A stretch of DNA of 64,000 bases from Candidatus Pelagibacterales bacterium (GTDB lineage: Bacteria; Pseudomonadota; Alphaproteobacteria; Pelagibacterales; AG-422-B15): contig JBJLDC010000012.1 in assembly GCA_045567365.1 (NCBI GenBank), positions 30,809 to 94,808 on the forward strand, written 5' to 3'. The position numbers were made by a program, and so were the translations under genes. Of the stretch, positions 8,387-23,315 are shown piece by piece (position 1 is the first letter of the stretch; the number at the start of each line of letters is the position of its first letter). Below the pieces are notes generated by a model. It ran no database searches, was not told the DNA's origin, and saw only the letters and a list, made by a program, of their open reading frames with translations.

Positions 8387-9583
8387 TTAATGAGAGAAGT
8401 GATCTACAATTCTCTGAGATAGTTTGTTTGCTACTTCAGATTTAGTCATTTTGGGCCAATTTTCAATACCATGATTAGATAAAAGACATATTTCATTGTG
8501 ATTTTTTCCAATAACTTTTCCACCTGAAACATCATTAGCAACAATCCAATCAGAACCTTTAGAATTTAGTTTAATAGTTGCATTATCAATTAAATTACTT
8601 GTCTCAGCTGCAAATCCAATAACTAATTTTGGTCTTTTAGAATTTCTTGTTCCAATTGATTTAAGAATATCTACATTCTCACTCAGTTCTAAATTTAAAA
8701 CATTCCCTGTTTTTTTTATTTTTTCACTATTTAATTTCTCAACTCTAAAATCTCCTACCGCCGCTGCACAGATAGCAATATCGGATGGTAAATTATTTTC
8801 ACATGCAATAAGCATTTCATTCGCTGATCTAACTTTTACAAAATTGCAACCTATAGGAGGTTCTAAATGAGTTGGACCAGAGATTAACGTTGTTTTTGCA
8901 CCTAACTGTGACAAACGATTAGCAATTGCATAACCTTGTTTTCCTGATGACTCATTAGAAATAAAACGAATTGGGTCAATCATTTCCTGAGTTGGACCTG
9001 CTGTAACTATTGCAGATAAATTTTTAAGAGGTTTTGAATAATATGTTTTAATAAAATCTAATGTTTCATCTACAATTTTATTAGTCTCACTTAATCTACC
9101 TTCTCCATACTCTCCACAGGCCATAGATCCACTTTCAGGGCCAATAAAATTGATACCATCATTTTTAAGAATTTTAATATTTCGTTGCGTTGACTCATTA
9201 AGCCACATTTGAACATTCATTGCAGGTGCAATTATTACAGGTTTGTTAGTTGCTTTTAAAACTGTTGAGGCTAGATCATCTGCTATTCCATGAGTAATTT
9301 TTGAAATAATATTTGCTGTTGCTGGTGCAACTAATAAAACATCAGCCATCCTTGCAAGCTGAATATGACCCATTTGATGTTCATCAGTTAAGTTAAATAG
9401 ATCGGTATAAACTCTATTTTCTGATAAACTTTCTATTGATAGCGGAGTAACAAATTCTGAACCTGACTTCGTAAGAATACATGTTATATCACATCCTTCT
9501 TCTCTAAACTTTCTAATTAGATCAAGAGATTTATAGGCTGCAATTCCACCAGTTATAATAAGTAGTATTTTTTTCTTCATCAT
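8387..9583 (-). CDS. coaBC: Bifunctional phosphopantothenoylcysteine decarboxylase / phosphopantothenate-cysteine ligase
   Basis: 398 aa with an N-terminal flavoprotein domain (ITGGIAAYK) and a C-terminal DFP domain (ISNESSGKQG). Confidence 0.9.
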   Translation of the reverse strand: MMKKKILLIITGGIAAYKSLDLIRKFREEGCDITCILTKSGSEFVTPLSIESLSENRVYTDLFNLTDEHQMGHIQLARMADVLLVAPATANIISKITHGIADDLASTVLKATNKPVIIAPAMNVQMWLNESTQRNIKILKNDGINFIGPESGSMACGEYGEGRLSETNKIVDETLDFIKTYYSKPLKNLSAIVTAGPTQEMIDPIRFISNESSGKQGYAIANRLSQLGAKTTLISGPTHLEPPIGCNFVKVRSANEMLIACENNLPSDIAICAAAVGDFRVEKLNSEKIKKTGNVLNLELSENVDILKSIGTRNSKRPKLVIGFAAETSNLIDNATIKLNSKGSDWIVANDVSGGKVIGKNHNEICLLSNHGIENWPKMTKSEVANKLSQRIVDHFSH

Positions 9584-9645
9584 TATTTTCGAAATATATT
9601 TACTTTAATAAATAAATAAAAGACATCTTTTTAAAATTTATTGTT

Positions 9646-11160
9646 TTATATCAATGCGATAATTCCCAATATTATGATGAATACAACTCCACCTCTAATT
9701 AGATAATTTGGACTCGGTACTTTTTCTTTATTCATTTCACTGATTGTATCAATTGCATTTTCAGCTCTTGATAAAAAATCAGGAAGGTCAGGAACTTTTC
9801 TTGCTAAAACTTTTAAAGTTTCTTGGGTTTCCTTAAGTCTATTCTTTATACCTAATTCATCTTTTAACCATTCTTCAATTTCAGGCTTTGAAACTTCCCA
9901 AAAATTAATATTAGGATCCAAATTTCTTGCAACACCCTCAACAATTATCATTGTCTTTTGAAGAAGTAAAAGTTGAGGTTGCAGTGACATATTAAATTGT
10001 TTTGTTATTTCAAATAACTGCACTAATACATTACCCATAGAGATATTTTTTGCTTTTTGATTTATTATCGGCTCTCCAATTGATCGAAGTGCTTGTGAAA
10101 AATCTTCAATGGATTCGTTTTTATCTATCAATCCTGCTTCTTTATGAATTTTTGCGATATCATGATAATCTTGTCTAATAAATCCATAAATTATTTCTGC
10201 GAGATAACGTCTATTTTGTTTGTCTAATCTCCCCATAATTCCAAAATCTACAGCAATTAAATTACTAGACTCATCAATAAATAAGTTTCCCTGATGAAGG
10301 TCTGCATGAAAGTAACCGTCACGAATAGACTGTCTTAAAAATGTAACAATTAAATTTTTTGCTGCTTGTTGTTTATCTATCTGAGTATTGTCAATTTTAT
10401 CAATAGGTAACCCATCTACTTTTTCAATTGTAAGAACTTTTTGAGACACCTTGTCCCAAAATACACTTGGTACTTTAAAATTTTCATCTCGTTTAGTATT
10501 TTCAGACAACTCAGAAGCAGCAGCAGCCTCATATCTTAGGTCAAGCTCAAATTTAATGACTTCTCTTGCTTTCTTTACTATTGAACCAGCTTGCAATCTT
10601 TTAAACTCTTGAAAATTCTCTAGAAATTTTGTTAACCATTCAAGCCTTTTCATTTCATCTTCAATAATCTCTTTTATGTTTGGCCTCAATATCTTAACAG
10701 CTACTTCAATTTCTTGGCTTTCATTCATAATCTTAGCAAAATGTACTTGAGCGATAGATGCAGCTGCAACTGGTTCACTAAAATTTTTGAATATCTGATC
10801 TATGTCTTTTTGAAATTCTTGTTCAATAATCTTAATTGCTTCATCTTTTGAGAATGGTGGAAGACTGTCTCTTAGCAATGCCATATCTTCAGCAACAACA
10901 TTTCCAATAATATCAGGACGTGTTGATATAAGTTGGCCTAATTTAATAAAAGAGGGGCCAAGTTGATTTAATGCCTGCGCAATTCGAATACCATCAGGAG
11001 ATTCTTTATATTCATTTGACTTTTTTTTCCCCAATGAAATTAGAAATGTAAAAACATCAAATAGAAATTTAAATTTAATATTTTTCCTAATTAGTTTAAG
11101 AATGTTATATTCTTTAAATGTTCTAATAATTTTTATAAAAAAGAAAAAATTAGTTATCAT
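9646..11160 (-). CDS. ubiB: Ubiquinone biosynthesis regulatory kinase-like protein UbiB (ABC1 family)
   Basis: 504 aa with ABC1/ADCK motifs (AAASIAQVH, HADLHQGN, DFG) and a C-terminal TM helix. Its start overlaps the ubiE stop. Confidence 0.85.
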   Translation of the reverse strand: MITNFFFFIKIIRTFKEYNILKLIRKNIKFKFLFDVFTFLISLGKKKSNEYKESPDGIRIAQALNQLGPSFIKLGQLISTRPDIIGNVVAEDMALLRDSLPPFSKDEAIKIIEQEFQKDIDQIFKNFSEPVAAASIAQVHFAKIMNESQEIEVAVKILRPNIKEIIEDEMKRLEWLTKFLENFQEFKRLQAGSIVKKAREVIKFELDLRYEAAAASELSENTKRDENFKVPSVFWDKVSQKVLTIEKVDGLPIDKIDNTQIDKQQAAKNLIVTFLRQSIRDGYFHADLHQGNLFIDESSNLIAVDFGIMGRLDKQNRRYLAEIIYGFIRQDYHDIAKIHKEAGLIDKNESIEDFSQALRSIGEPIINQKAKNISMGNVLVQLFEITKQFNMSLQPQLLLLQKTMIIVEGVARNLDPNINFWEVSKPEIEEWLKDELGIKNRLKETQETLKVLARKVPDLPDFLSRAENAIDTISEMNKEKVPSPNYLIRGGVVFIIILGIIALI

Positions 11161-11839
11161 TTTTTTTCCACGCAGAATGAATGGCTACTACCCCATTAAA
11201 TATATTTCTATATTCAACTTCAGAAAAGTTATTATCTTGAATAATAGATCGAAATGTTTCTTGAGATGGAAATTTTTCAATTGTATCTGTTAGGTATTCA
11301 TATGGTTTTTCGTCACCAACTACAACTTTCCCGATGACAGGTATTATTTTAGAATACAGAGAATACATTTTAGCTAGATTCACATTTTGAACTTTTGAAA
11401 ATTCAAGACATAAAAGTCTTCCATTATTTTTGAGAACTCTCCTTGCTTCATGCAACGATTGATTAATATCTGAAAAATTTCTAGCTCCAAATGATACTAG
11501 GTATGCATCAAAAGTATTATCTTCGAAAGGAAGGTTCTCTGCATTAGCATTCACCCAACTAATTCTGTCATCGTACTTATATTTTTTTTGCTTTCCATAT
11601 TTTGTCATATTTATATTTGGGTCACATACTGTAACTAAACCCTCGCCACTAATTCTATTTAAGAATCTTCTAGCGATATCACCTGTTCCTCCCGCTACAT
11701 CAATTATATTCATACCATAAGAAGGTTTAAGCCAATCTAGAAGACATTCCTTCCAATACCTATGAGCACCTACTGACATGAGATCATTCATCAAGTCATA
11801 ATTGCTTGCTACCTTATTAAATACTTCACTTGTTTTCAT
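11150..11839 (-). CDS. ubiE: Demethylmenaquinone/ubiquinone C-methyltransferase
   Basis: 229 aa with YDLMNDLMS, the SAM motif DVAGGTGD and FGARNF. Confidence 0.9.
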   Translation of the reverse strand: MKTSEVFNKVASNYDLMNDLMSVGAHRYWKECLLDWLKPSYGMNIIDVAGGTGDIARRFLNRISGEGLVTVCDPNINMTKYGKQKKYKYDDRISWVNANAENLPFEDNTFDAYLVSFGARNFSDINQSLHEARRVLKNNGRLLCLEFSKVQNVNLAKMYSLYSKIIPVIGKVVVGDEKPYEYLTDTIEKFPSQETFRSIIQDNNFSEVEYRNIFNGVVAIHSAWKKNDN

Positions 11840-11902
11840 AAAAACTAAATCTAAATCAAATATTCATATTCTTAATAAATAGAAAGTTTAATATATATTT
11901 AT

Positions 11903-12736
11903 ATGCCTGAATTGCCAGAAGTTGAAACAGTTATAAAAGGTATTAGCTCCAGTATATTGGGCCAAACCATCAATAAATGTGAGTTAAGTTTAAAAAAACT
12001 ACGATATCCAATAACTAGAAATTTTAAAAAAATTATACTCTCAACAAATGTAATAAGTATCTCAAGAAGAGCTAAGTATATCCTCATTAATCTTAGTAAC
12101 AATAAAACAATTATCATTCATCTTGGAATGTCAGGACGAATTATTCTCACCTCAAATAATGAAAATTCAAAATTCAAGCATACGCATATGACTTTATATT
12201 TTAAAAATAATTTAATAGTTAAGTTTATTGATCCAAGAAGATTTGGTTGCATACTACTTTTTGATACTAAAGCCATAAGTAAAAATAGACTATTTAGTCA
12301 TTTGGGACCTGAGCCATTAAGCAAACAATTCAATCCAAATTATTTGGAAAGATCATGTCAAAATAAGAGAGCCTCAATTAAGTCTGTTATTATGAACCAA
12401 TCCATAGTTGTAGGAATAGGAAATATTTATGCTTCTGAATCACTTTTTCGTTCAGGTATCAATCCAAAGAGAATAGCATTTGATATTACACATGACCAAT
12501 GTGTTCAATTAGTTAAAAATATTAAGTTTGTTTTGAATAGAGCTATTAAACTTGGTGGCTCAAGCATAAATGACTACTCCATGGTTGATGGAATGTTAGG
12601 CTACTTCCAAAATGAGCATAAAGTCTATGAAAGAGAGGGTAAAAATTGCTCAAAAAAAACTTGTAATGGACGTATATTAAGAATAGTAATAGCCCAGCGA
12701 TCAACATATTATTGTTCGCAATGTCAAAAAAATTAA
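11903..12736 (+). CDS. mutM: Formamidopyrimidine-DNA glycosylase
   Basis: N-terminal MPELPEVE catalytic motif, an H2TH region, and a C-terminal zinc finger C..C...C..C. Confidence 0.92.
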   Translation: MPELPEVETVIKGISSSILGQTINKCELSLKKLRYPITRNFKKIILSTNVISISRRAKYILINLSNNKTIIIHLGMSGRIILTSNNENSKFKHTHMTLYFKNNLIVKFIDPRRFGCILLFDTKAISKNRLFSHLGPEPLSKQFNPNYLERSCQNKRASIKSVIMNQSIVVGIGNIYASESLFRSGINPKRIAFDITHDQCVQLVKNIKFVLNRAIKLGGSSINDYSMVDGMLGYFQNEHKVYEREGKNCSKKTCNGRILRIVIAQRSTYYCSQCQKN

Positions 12737-12746
12737 TTGTAAGAAT

Positions 12747-13010
12747 ATGGCAAATACAAAATCTGCGAAAGCAAAAGTTAGAGAAATTCAGAATAAGACT
12801 GAGTTTAATAAATCTATTAAAAATAGATATCGTACCTTTTTAAAAAAAGTTGAACTAAATATAGTAAAAGGTGACAAAAAAGAAGCACAAGCTTCTCTCA
12901 AAGCAGCAGAATCAGAAATAATGTCTGCAGTTTCAAAAAATATCATCCATTTGAATACAGCATCTAGAAAAATCTCAAGACTTTCAAATAAGATAAAATC
13001 ATTAAAATAA
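12747..13010 (+). CDS. rpsT: 30S ribosomal protein S20
   Basis: 87 aa basic protein starting MANTKSAKAKVR. It is positioned upstream of dnaA, as in many alphaproteobacteria. Confidence 0.92.
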   Translation: MANTKSAKAKVREIQNKTEFNKSIKNRYRTFLKKVELNIVKGDKKEAQASLKAAESEIMSAVSKNIIHLNTASRKISRLSNKIKSLK

Positions 13011-13030
13011 TTTTTCTATTAGAATCGTAC

Positions 13031-13057
13031 ACTTACATCTTCTTATGTAAGTATTTT
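13031..13057 (+). terminator. Weak hairpin after rpsT (ACTTACAT-cttctt-ATGTAAGT followed by ATTTT)
   Basis: 8-bp perfect stem with a 6-nt loop, read directly from the sequence. The stem is AT-rich and the U-tract is short. Confidence 0.35.
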
Positions 13058-13349
13058 AAAAAGTACATGCTCTAAATTGATTTATTTTCTATTCATAGAT
13101 TTAAGATTAAAATTTATTCATAATATTTATCTTTTCTCATTGCGATTCATTTTTTTAAAGGTTAAGTTAAATTCAAATTAAGCACAAAGTCTGTGTTTAA
13201 TTTTCCAAAAATTTTTTGAATTTACTTTTTTAAAAAAATTGATGGCTTATTATTGCCAAACATAATTTTGTAATAAAAATGTAAAAATTCATTTTTATTT
13301 TTGGAATATTTAGATAGAATTTTTATATATTTGAGGGCAGTTAAAATTT

Positions 13350-14759
13350 ATGGCACAAGATCTTAATCAAATCAGCCCCATAGAAATAAATGTAAAAGAC
13401 CTTTGGCTCTTAGTTCTAAAAAAATTAAATAACGAATTAGGAAATGAGATATTTAACAGCTGGATTAAAAACATAAAAGTTCAATCCATAGATGATGATA
13501 TTTTATATTTCTCAGTCCCAACAAGATTTATACGTGATTGGATCACATCCCATTATTTAGATAAGATAATTTTTTTCTTGAATGCAGAAAATCCTAATAT
13601 TAGACGGGTAAAAATATCAATTGATAATATGTTATCTGCTAATCAAGATAATCAAGAAGAAAAAAATACTGAAACTATTAAATATCAGAATCAATCATCT
13701 AATTTTAATCAATCTGATGATTGGCCATTGGATGAACGATTTACATTTGATAAATTTATCACTGGTCCCTCAAATGAATTAGCGTTTGCATCTGCTAAGC
13801 GAATAGCTCAGTCAGAAAAATTTGATTTCAATCCTCTTTTTTTATATGGAGGTGTGGGTCTAGGTAAAACTCATCTAATGCACTCCATTGCTTGGGAAAT
13901 TTCAAATAGTAATCCGGGTGCAAAAGTTTTATATCTTTCCGCAGAACGATTTATGTTTCAATTTATTAAATCTTTAAGACAAAAAGATACCATGAGCTTT
14001 AAACAGAAGTTTAGATCTGTTGATGTCTTAATTTTAGATGATATACAATTTATGGTTGGAAAAAATTCCACCCAAGAAGAATTTTTTCATACTTTCAATT
14101 CTCTTCTTGATTTAAATAAAAAAGTTATTCTCTCTTCTGATAGAGCTCCTAGTGATTTAGATGGTTTTGATGAAAGAATTAAATCAAGATTATCGTGGGG
14201 TCTTGTAGCAGATATTTTACCAGCTTCATTTGAACTTCGTTATGAAATCCTTAAAAAGAAATCAGTGGAGCTTCTTAAGACAAACAGCGGCCACCATGTA
14301 CTTGATGACTCTGTTCTTATTTTTTTAGCAAAGACAATTGTAAGTAATGTTAGAGAACTTGAAGGGGCCCTTAATAAAGTTGTTACATTCTCAAATATTA
14401 TGAATAAGAAAATTGATGTAGAATTAACTAAGACTGTGCTTAAAGATTTATTAAGATCAAATAATAAAAGAATTACTATTGATGAAATACAAAATAAAGT
14501 TTCAAACTATTATAACATCAATACTGAGGATCTTATATCAAGCAGAAGACTAAGATCGTTTGCTAGGCCAAGACAGGTCGCCATGTATCTTGCAAAAAAA
14601 TTAACATCTAGATCTTTACCTGAAATTGGTAGAAAGTTTGGAGGCAGGGATCACACTACTGTTATTCATGCTGTAAAAAAAATAGATCAACTTAAATCTG
14701 AGAATGAAAAATTTGATGAAGATGTCAGTGTGCTTACTCAAATTATCACTTCTTCTTAA
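13350..14759 (+). CDS. dnaA: Chromosomal replication initiator protein DnaA
   Basis: 469 aa with the Walker A motif GGVGLGKTHL, the AAA+ core, and C-terminal domain IV (GGRDHTTVIHA). Confidence 0.97.
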   Translation: MAQDLNQISPIEINVKDLWLLVLKKLNNELGNEIFNSWIKNIKVQSIDDDILYFSVPTRFIRDWITSHYLDKIIFFLNAENPNIRRVKISIDNMLSANQDNQEEKNTETIKYQNQSSNFNQSDDWPLDERFTFDKFITGPSNELAFASAKRIAQSEKFDFNPLFLYGGVGLGKTHLMHSIAWEISNSNPGAKVLYLSAERFMFQFIKSLRQKDTMSFKQKFRSVDVLILDDIQFMVGKNSTQEEFFHTFNSLLDLNKKVILSSDRAPSDLDGFDERIKSRLSWGLVADILPASFELRYEILKKKSVELLKTNSGHHVLDDSVLIFLAKTIVSNVRELEGALNKVVTFSNIMNKKIDVELTKTVLKDLLRSNNKRITIDEIQNKVSNYYNINTEDLISSRRLRSFARPRQVAMYLAKKLTSRSLPEIGRKFGGRDHTTVIHAVKKIDQLKSENEKFDEDVSVLTQIITSS

Positions 14760-14827
14760 TAACTTTTAGTCATTCAAATCTTTATCTATTGCTAATTAAA
14801 TTGTAGAATAGTAATTGTAGTATTCAT

Positions 14828-15955
14828 ATGGATTTTAGAGTAAACAGCACCGAACTTCTTAGAGCATTATCTCACATACATGGTATTGTTGAAGTCCGTC
14901 ACACTCTTCCAATATTATCGAATATTATCATTACAACTCACGATAATTTACTATCATTATCTTCAACCAACCTAGACATTTTCTGTTCTGATGATTTGGA
15001 GGCTGAAGTTGGTCAGAATGGTTCTACTTCGGTTTCAGCTGCTACTTTTTATGAAATAGTAAAAAGACTACCAAGTGGATCAGAAATTCATGCATCTTTA
15101 TCGGAGGAAGACTCAACTTTAGCTTTGAAGTGTGGAAGATCAAAATTTAATCTTACTACGATTTCACCCGATGATTTTCCCAAGATTTCTCATGATGATT
15201 TAAATATACAATTTGTCTTAAGTGCAACTGAGCTTAAGAGAATGATAGATAAGACTAAATTTGCAATCTCGAATGAAGAAACTAGATACTACTTAAATGG
15301 AGTTTTTCTTCATCAAACTCAAAAAAACTCAATAGATATTTTAAGAGCTGTTGCGACAGATGGACATCGTCTAGCTCAATACGATATTCCTTTACCCCAA
15401 GGGGCTAAAGATATGAATGGAATTATCATTCCAAAAAAAATGATTCAAGAATTAAGAAGAGTTTTAGATGATGCAACGGGTGATATCAATATACAACTCA
15501 ATGAAAATAAAATTAAATTTTCATTTAATAACATGCAGATTATTTCAAAAGTTATCGACGGAACTTTTCCAGACTATACAAAAGTCATACCTCAATCCAA
15601 TGATAAATCAATAACAACAAATAATGAGGAATTAAAAAAAGCAATAGACAGAGTCTCTGCAGTTGCAATAAATGAAGAAACTAAATCAAAAGCTATAAAA
15701 TTAATTATTGAGTCAAATAAAATATCTTTAAGTGTTGATTCGTCATCAAGAGGATCAGCAATAGAAGAAATTGATTTAGATTATAATAATGAAAAAGTTG
15801 AGATTGGTTTTAACTCAAGATATTTAATTGATATTTGTAATGAGATAGATGGCGATAAGATCAATCTCAAGTTTTTGAACTCTACGTCTCCTGCAATAAT
15901 CCTAGATAATACAGATGAAAATCTTTTTTTTGTATTAATGCCAATGCGAATTTAA
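14828..15955 (+). CDS. dnaN: DNA polymerase III beta sliding clamp
   Basis: 375 aa with a three-domain clamp pattern, ATDGHRLA, and the C-terminal LMPMRI. Confidence 0.96.
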   Translation: MDFRVNSTELLRALSHIHGIVEVRHTLPILSNIIITTHDNLLSLSSTNLDIFCSDDLEAEVGQNGSTSVSAATFYEIVKRLPSGSEIHASLSEEDSTLALKCGRSKFNLTTISPDDFPKISHDDLNIQFVLSATELKRMIDKTKFAISNEETRYYLNGVFLHQTQKNSIDILRAVATDGHRLAQYDIPLPQGAKDMNGIIIPKKMIQELRRVLDDATGDINIQLNENKIKFSFNNMQIISKVIDGTFPDYTKVIPQSNDKSITTNNEELKKAIDRVSAVAINEETKSKAIKLIIESNKISLSVDSSSRGSAIEEIDLDYNNEKVEIGFNSRYLIDICNEIDGDKINLKFLNSTSPAIILDNTDENLFFVLMPMRI

Positions 15956-15961
15956 ACTTAC

Positions 15962-20233
<4,272 letters not shown>

Positions 20234-20281
20234 ATTAATTAATATAGTTAAATTTTAAATTTTAAAAAGAAGAGAAATCTC

Positions 20282-21574
20282 TTGAAGCAAGGAAAGCTAA
20301 ATACACAAGATAATATTACTTTAAAACTAAGAACCCTTATTTTTTTTAATTGGATTGCAATTATTGGTCAATCATTAGCGGTTTTTGTTTCTTACTCAAT
20401 AATTGAAGTAGATTTTAATTTAGTCGCAACTATATCCTTAATTTTTTTATTGTTATTATTAAATATTTTTTTAACTCTAAGATTTCCAATTACCAAAGCT
20501 CTAAATTTTAATGAAATCACTTTCTATTTATTGTTTGACCTCTTGCAGTTGATATCTTTGTTATATTTAACAGGAGGATTAACAAATCCTTTTTGTATCT
20601 TAATTTTAGTACCCATAGTTATTTCTTCTACTTATCTTGATTTAAAGAGAACTATTTTGATCTGTACTGCTTCGATTATTTCTTTAAGTATTTTACTTTT
20701 TTTTTACATGCCAATAAGTAGTAATTTAATAAATTTTAATAGTGATAGCTTCTCTAGAGAAGAAATCTTTTCAATTTGGGGAGCGTTAATTATTACACTT
20801 ATTTTTATGTCTGCTTATTGCTATCGAACAGCTAGTGAATCACGAAAAGCAGGTGAGGCTCTTAGAGAAACTCAAATGGCATTGTCAAATGAGGAAAAAG
20901 TATCTGCCCTTATGAGTTTAACAGCTGCTGCCGTTCATGAGCTTGGAACTCCATTGTCTACCATTTCTGTGGTATCAAAAGAACTTGTTGGCAATGTTAA
21001 AAAGAATGATGTTAATTATGATGATTTACAATTAATTCAAACTCAAGTTAAAAGATGCGCTGATATCTTAAAGAGACTTAGAACTACTAAGTTTGTGAGG
21101 GATAGTGATGAGTTTCTAAATGAATTTACTTTTACAAGTTTAATAAATGAGATTTTAGAAGATTATTCGAATGAAAAAATTGAAGTATCAATTAATGCTG
21201 ATGAAATTTTTTCTGAAAAGAATATTACTTTTTCAAGAGTTCCTGAGGTTATACAGTCTTTATCAAATATTATAGATAATGCATTTAAATATGCGAAAAA
21301 TAAAATCGTAATCAATTTGAAATATGCAGAAAAGTACATAATTGTTGAGATAATTGACGATGGAAATGGGTTCTCACCAGAAATATACGCATTGCTTGGA
21401 GAACCATATGTCCGAAGAAGTATCGATAAAGAAGATAAAGGTTTAGGATTAGGTCTATTTATTTCAAAGAATTTACTCAGTAAATCGTATGGTGATATTG
21501 AGTTTTTAAATTATAAGCCCAATGGAGCATGTGTAAGAATATTTTTGAATAAGAAAGAATTAAACATAAAATAA
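20282..21574 (+). CDS. regB: Redox-sensing histidine kinase RegB/PrrB/ActS
   Basis: Multi-TM N-terminus containing GGLTNPF (the RegB quinone-site motif GGxxNPF), the H-box AAVHELGTPL, a Cys in VKRCADIL (redox-box position), and an HATPase domain. A TTG start is assumed. Confidence 0.78.
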   Translation: MKQGKLNTQDNITLKLRTLIFFNWIAIIGQSLAVFVSYSIIEVDFNLVATISLIFLLLLLNIFLTLRFPITKALNFNEITFYLLFDLLQLISLLYLTGGLTNPFCILILVPIVISSTYLDLKRTILICTASIISLSILLFFYMPISSNLINFNSDSFSREEIFSIWGALIITLIFMSAYCYRTASESRKAGEALRETQMALSNEEKVSALMSLTAAAVHELGTPLSTISVVSKELVGNVKKNDVNYDDLQLIQTQVKRCADILKRLRTTKFVRDSDEFLNEFTFTSLINEILEDYSNEKIEVSINADEIFSEKNITFSRVPEVIQSLSNIIDNAFKYAKNKIVINLKYAEKYIIVEIIDDGNGFSPEIYALLGEPYVRRSIDKEDKGLGLGLFISKNLLSKSYGDIEFLNYKPNGACVRIFLNKKELNIK

Positions 21575-21578
21575 TTAT

Positions 21579-22109
21579 ATGAATGAAGAAAATTCACTTT
21601 TAATTTTAGATGATGACGAAATTTTTTGTAAGAGACTTCAAACAGCAATGAGTCGTAAAGGTTTTAACTCTTATGGAGCTTATTCCATAAGAGAAGCCAA
21701 AGACTTACTTAAAGAGTCTATTCCAAAATATGCTGTGATTGACTTAAGGCTGGGGGATGGTAATGGGCTCGAAATTGTATCAATTATTTCAAAACAAAGA
21801 AAAGATAGCAAAATTATAATATTGACTGGTTATGGAAATATTCCTACAGCTGTCGCAGCAGTTAAAGAAGGAGCTTGTGATTATTTATCAAAACCTGCTG
21901 ATGCAGATGATATTGAGGCTGCTTTACGTTCACCATATGAGAAAATTCCTGATCCTCCAGCAAATCCTATGTCGGCAGATCGTGTAAAATGGGAACACAT
22001 TCTTAGAGTGTATGAACAATGCAATCGGAATGTTTCAGAGACTGCTCGAAGGCTTAAAATGCATAGAAGGACTTTGCAGAGAATTCTTCAAAAAAAATCT
22101 CCAAGATAA
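21579..22109 (+). CDS. regA: Response regulator RegA/PrrA/ActR
   Basis: 176 aa with a receiver domain plus the short Fis-type HTH NVSETARRLKMHRRTLQRIL. Confidence 0.87.
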   Translation: MNEENSLLILDDDEIFCKRLQTAMSRKGFNSYGAYSIREAKDLLKESIPKYAVIDLRLGDGNGLEIVSIISKQRKDSKIIILTGYGNIPTAVAAVKEGACDYLSKPADADDIEAALRSPYEKIPDPPANPMSADRVKWEHILRVYEQCNRNVSETARRLKMHRRTLQRILQKKSPR

Positions 22110-22115
22110 GGCAGA

Positions 22116-23315
22116 TTATGCTGATTTTTTTAATTGGTTGATTTCACTTAAAGTATTGACACCCTGATCAGCAATTTCTTGGCCAGCAACAGTATCATTC
22201 TCAGAATCAAGCTCATCCATGTTAACGAATTCAGCATATGTTGCTTTTGTTCTATCAGTAATGATATGAGCCTTTAGTAAGGTTTTTACTAAAACTCTAA
22301 ATATATTATTTTGATTTTTCATCTCATCTTTAATTACTTCACCTTGGTCAATATACTTGTGAAACTCTTGATCAACCCATTTGTAATCAAGACCAACACA
22401 CGAATAAACATGTTTTTTTTCTGTTGGGTTGACTAAGTTAAATAGAAGCTCAACAAATATTTTTTCAGCCCAATCTTCTACTTTTATGTGTTCTTTTTCC
22501 GAGAGCTTAGGTATTGTTCTGTCAGCCCATATTTTACCAAACTTATGATGGAAAGCTTCGTCACTCATAGTGTACTTTAATAGAGTTTTCAGTACTGGAT
22601 CGTTTGTATTTTCATAAGCCATGGCGAAAGCTCCCATTGCTAAACCTTCAATCATCATTTGCATACCAACAATCTTTTTATAAACAACATCAGATGAAAC
22701 TATGTCATTAGCAACTCTACCTAGTGTAGGACCAACCTTATAAGGTGATCCCCATCTGGCTTGAATATATCTTGTAAAGCCGGCAACATGTCTTGCTTCT
22801 TCTCTAGTTTGATTAGCTGCATATTCTTGTGCGCCTGGATCTCGAAGAACATGACAAAGACTAGCACTTAAAGATAAAGCTGCTTGTTCCCCATGAAGTA
22901 TTTGAGATAATACAAATCGAAAACTTTCATTATTAAGTTTGACCAATTGTTTTGTAGTTAATTTCTCTCTTATGCTTGGTATTTGTAATTCAATACCAAA
23001 TGGTCCATCTGGATCTACGATATTTTGATTCTCAACATCAAATGGAATATCAAAATCTATATATTTTTTATCATTTGGATCCCAAAAATGTTTATGTGTA
23101 GCACTAATAATTTTATCAAAAGCATTTGATCGATCACTGTAACGATCTTCATCCATCATTGGTATAAAGTGTTTTGGATTTGCTGCATTATATGCAGGAT
23201 CTTTAGTAAGTGAATTTTTTCCAGAGTTTGATGTCTGCCACTTTTCTTGAACTTTATATACTTTGTCTTTTGCAATTATTTTTGCAATTTGTATTTTCTG
23301 AGATAATTCAACCAT
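22116..23315 (-). CDS. Ferritin-like diiron-carboxylate protein (AurF/R2-like oxygenase fold), function unknown
   Basis: 399 aa with the four-helix ligand pattern HGEQ ... EEARH ... MMIEG ... DEAFHH. The first ~130 residues have no motif I recognise. Confidence 0.6.
   Translation of the reverse strand: MVELSQKIQIAKIIAKDKVYKVQEKWQTSNSGKNSLTKDPAYNAANPKHFIPMMDEDRYSDRSNAFDKIISATHKHFWDPNDKKYIDFDIPFDVENQNIVDPDGPFGIELQIPSIREKLTTKQLVKLNNESFRFVLSQILHGEQAALSLSASLCHVLRDPGAQEYAANQTREEARHVAGFTRYIQARWGSPYKVGPTLGRVANDIVSSDVVYKKIVGMQMMIEGLAMGAFAMAYENTNDPVLKTLLKYTMSDEAFHHKFGKIWADRTIPKLSEKEHIKVEDWAEKIFVELLFNLVNPTEKKHVYSCVGLDYKWVDQEFHKYIDQGEVIKDEMKNQNNIFRVLVKTLLKAHIITDRTKATYAEFVNMDELDSENDTVAGQEIADQGVNTLSEINQLKKSA

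Noticed and set aside
13167-13181. TTAA-ATTCAAA-TTAA as a CtrA binding site marking the replication origin.
   Set aside because: TTAA-N7-TTAA is expected by chance many times in DNA this AT-rich. There is only one copy, and the full consensus TTAA-N7-TTAAC is not met. I mention it only within the dnaA-upstream finding.
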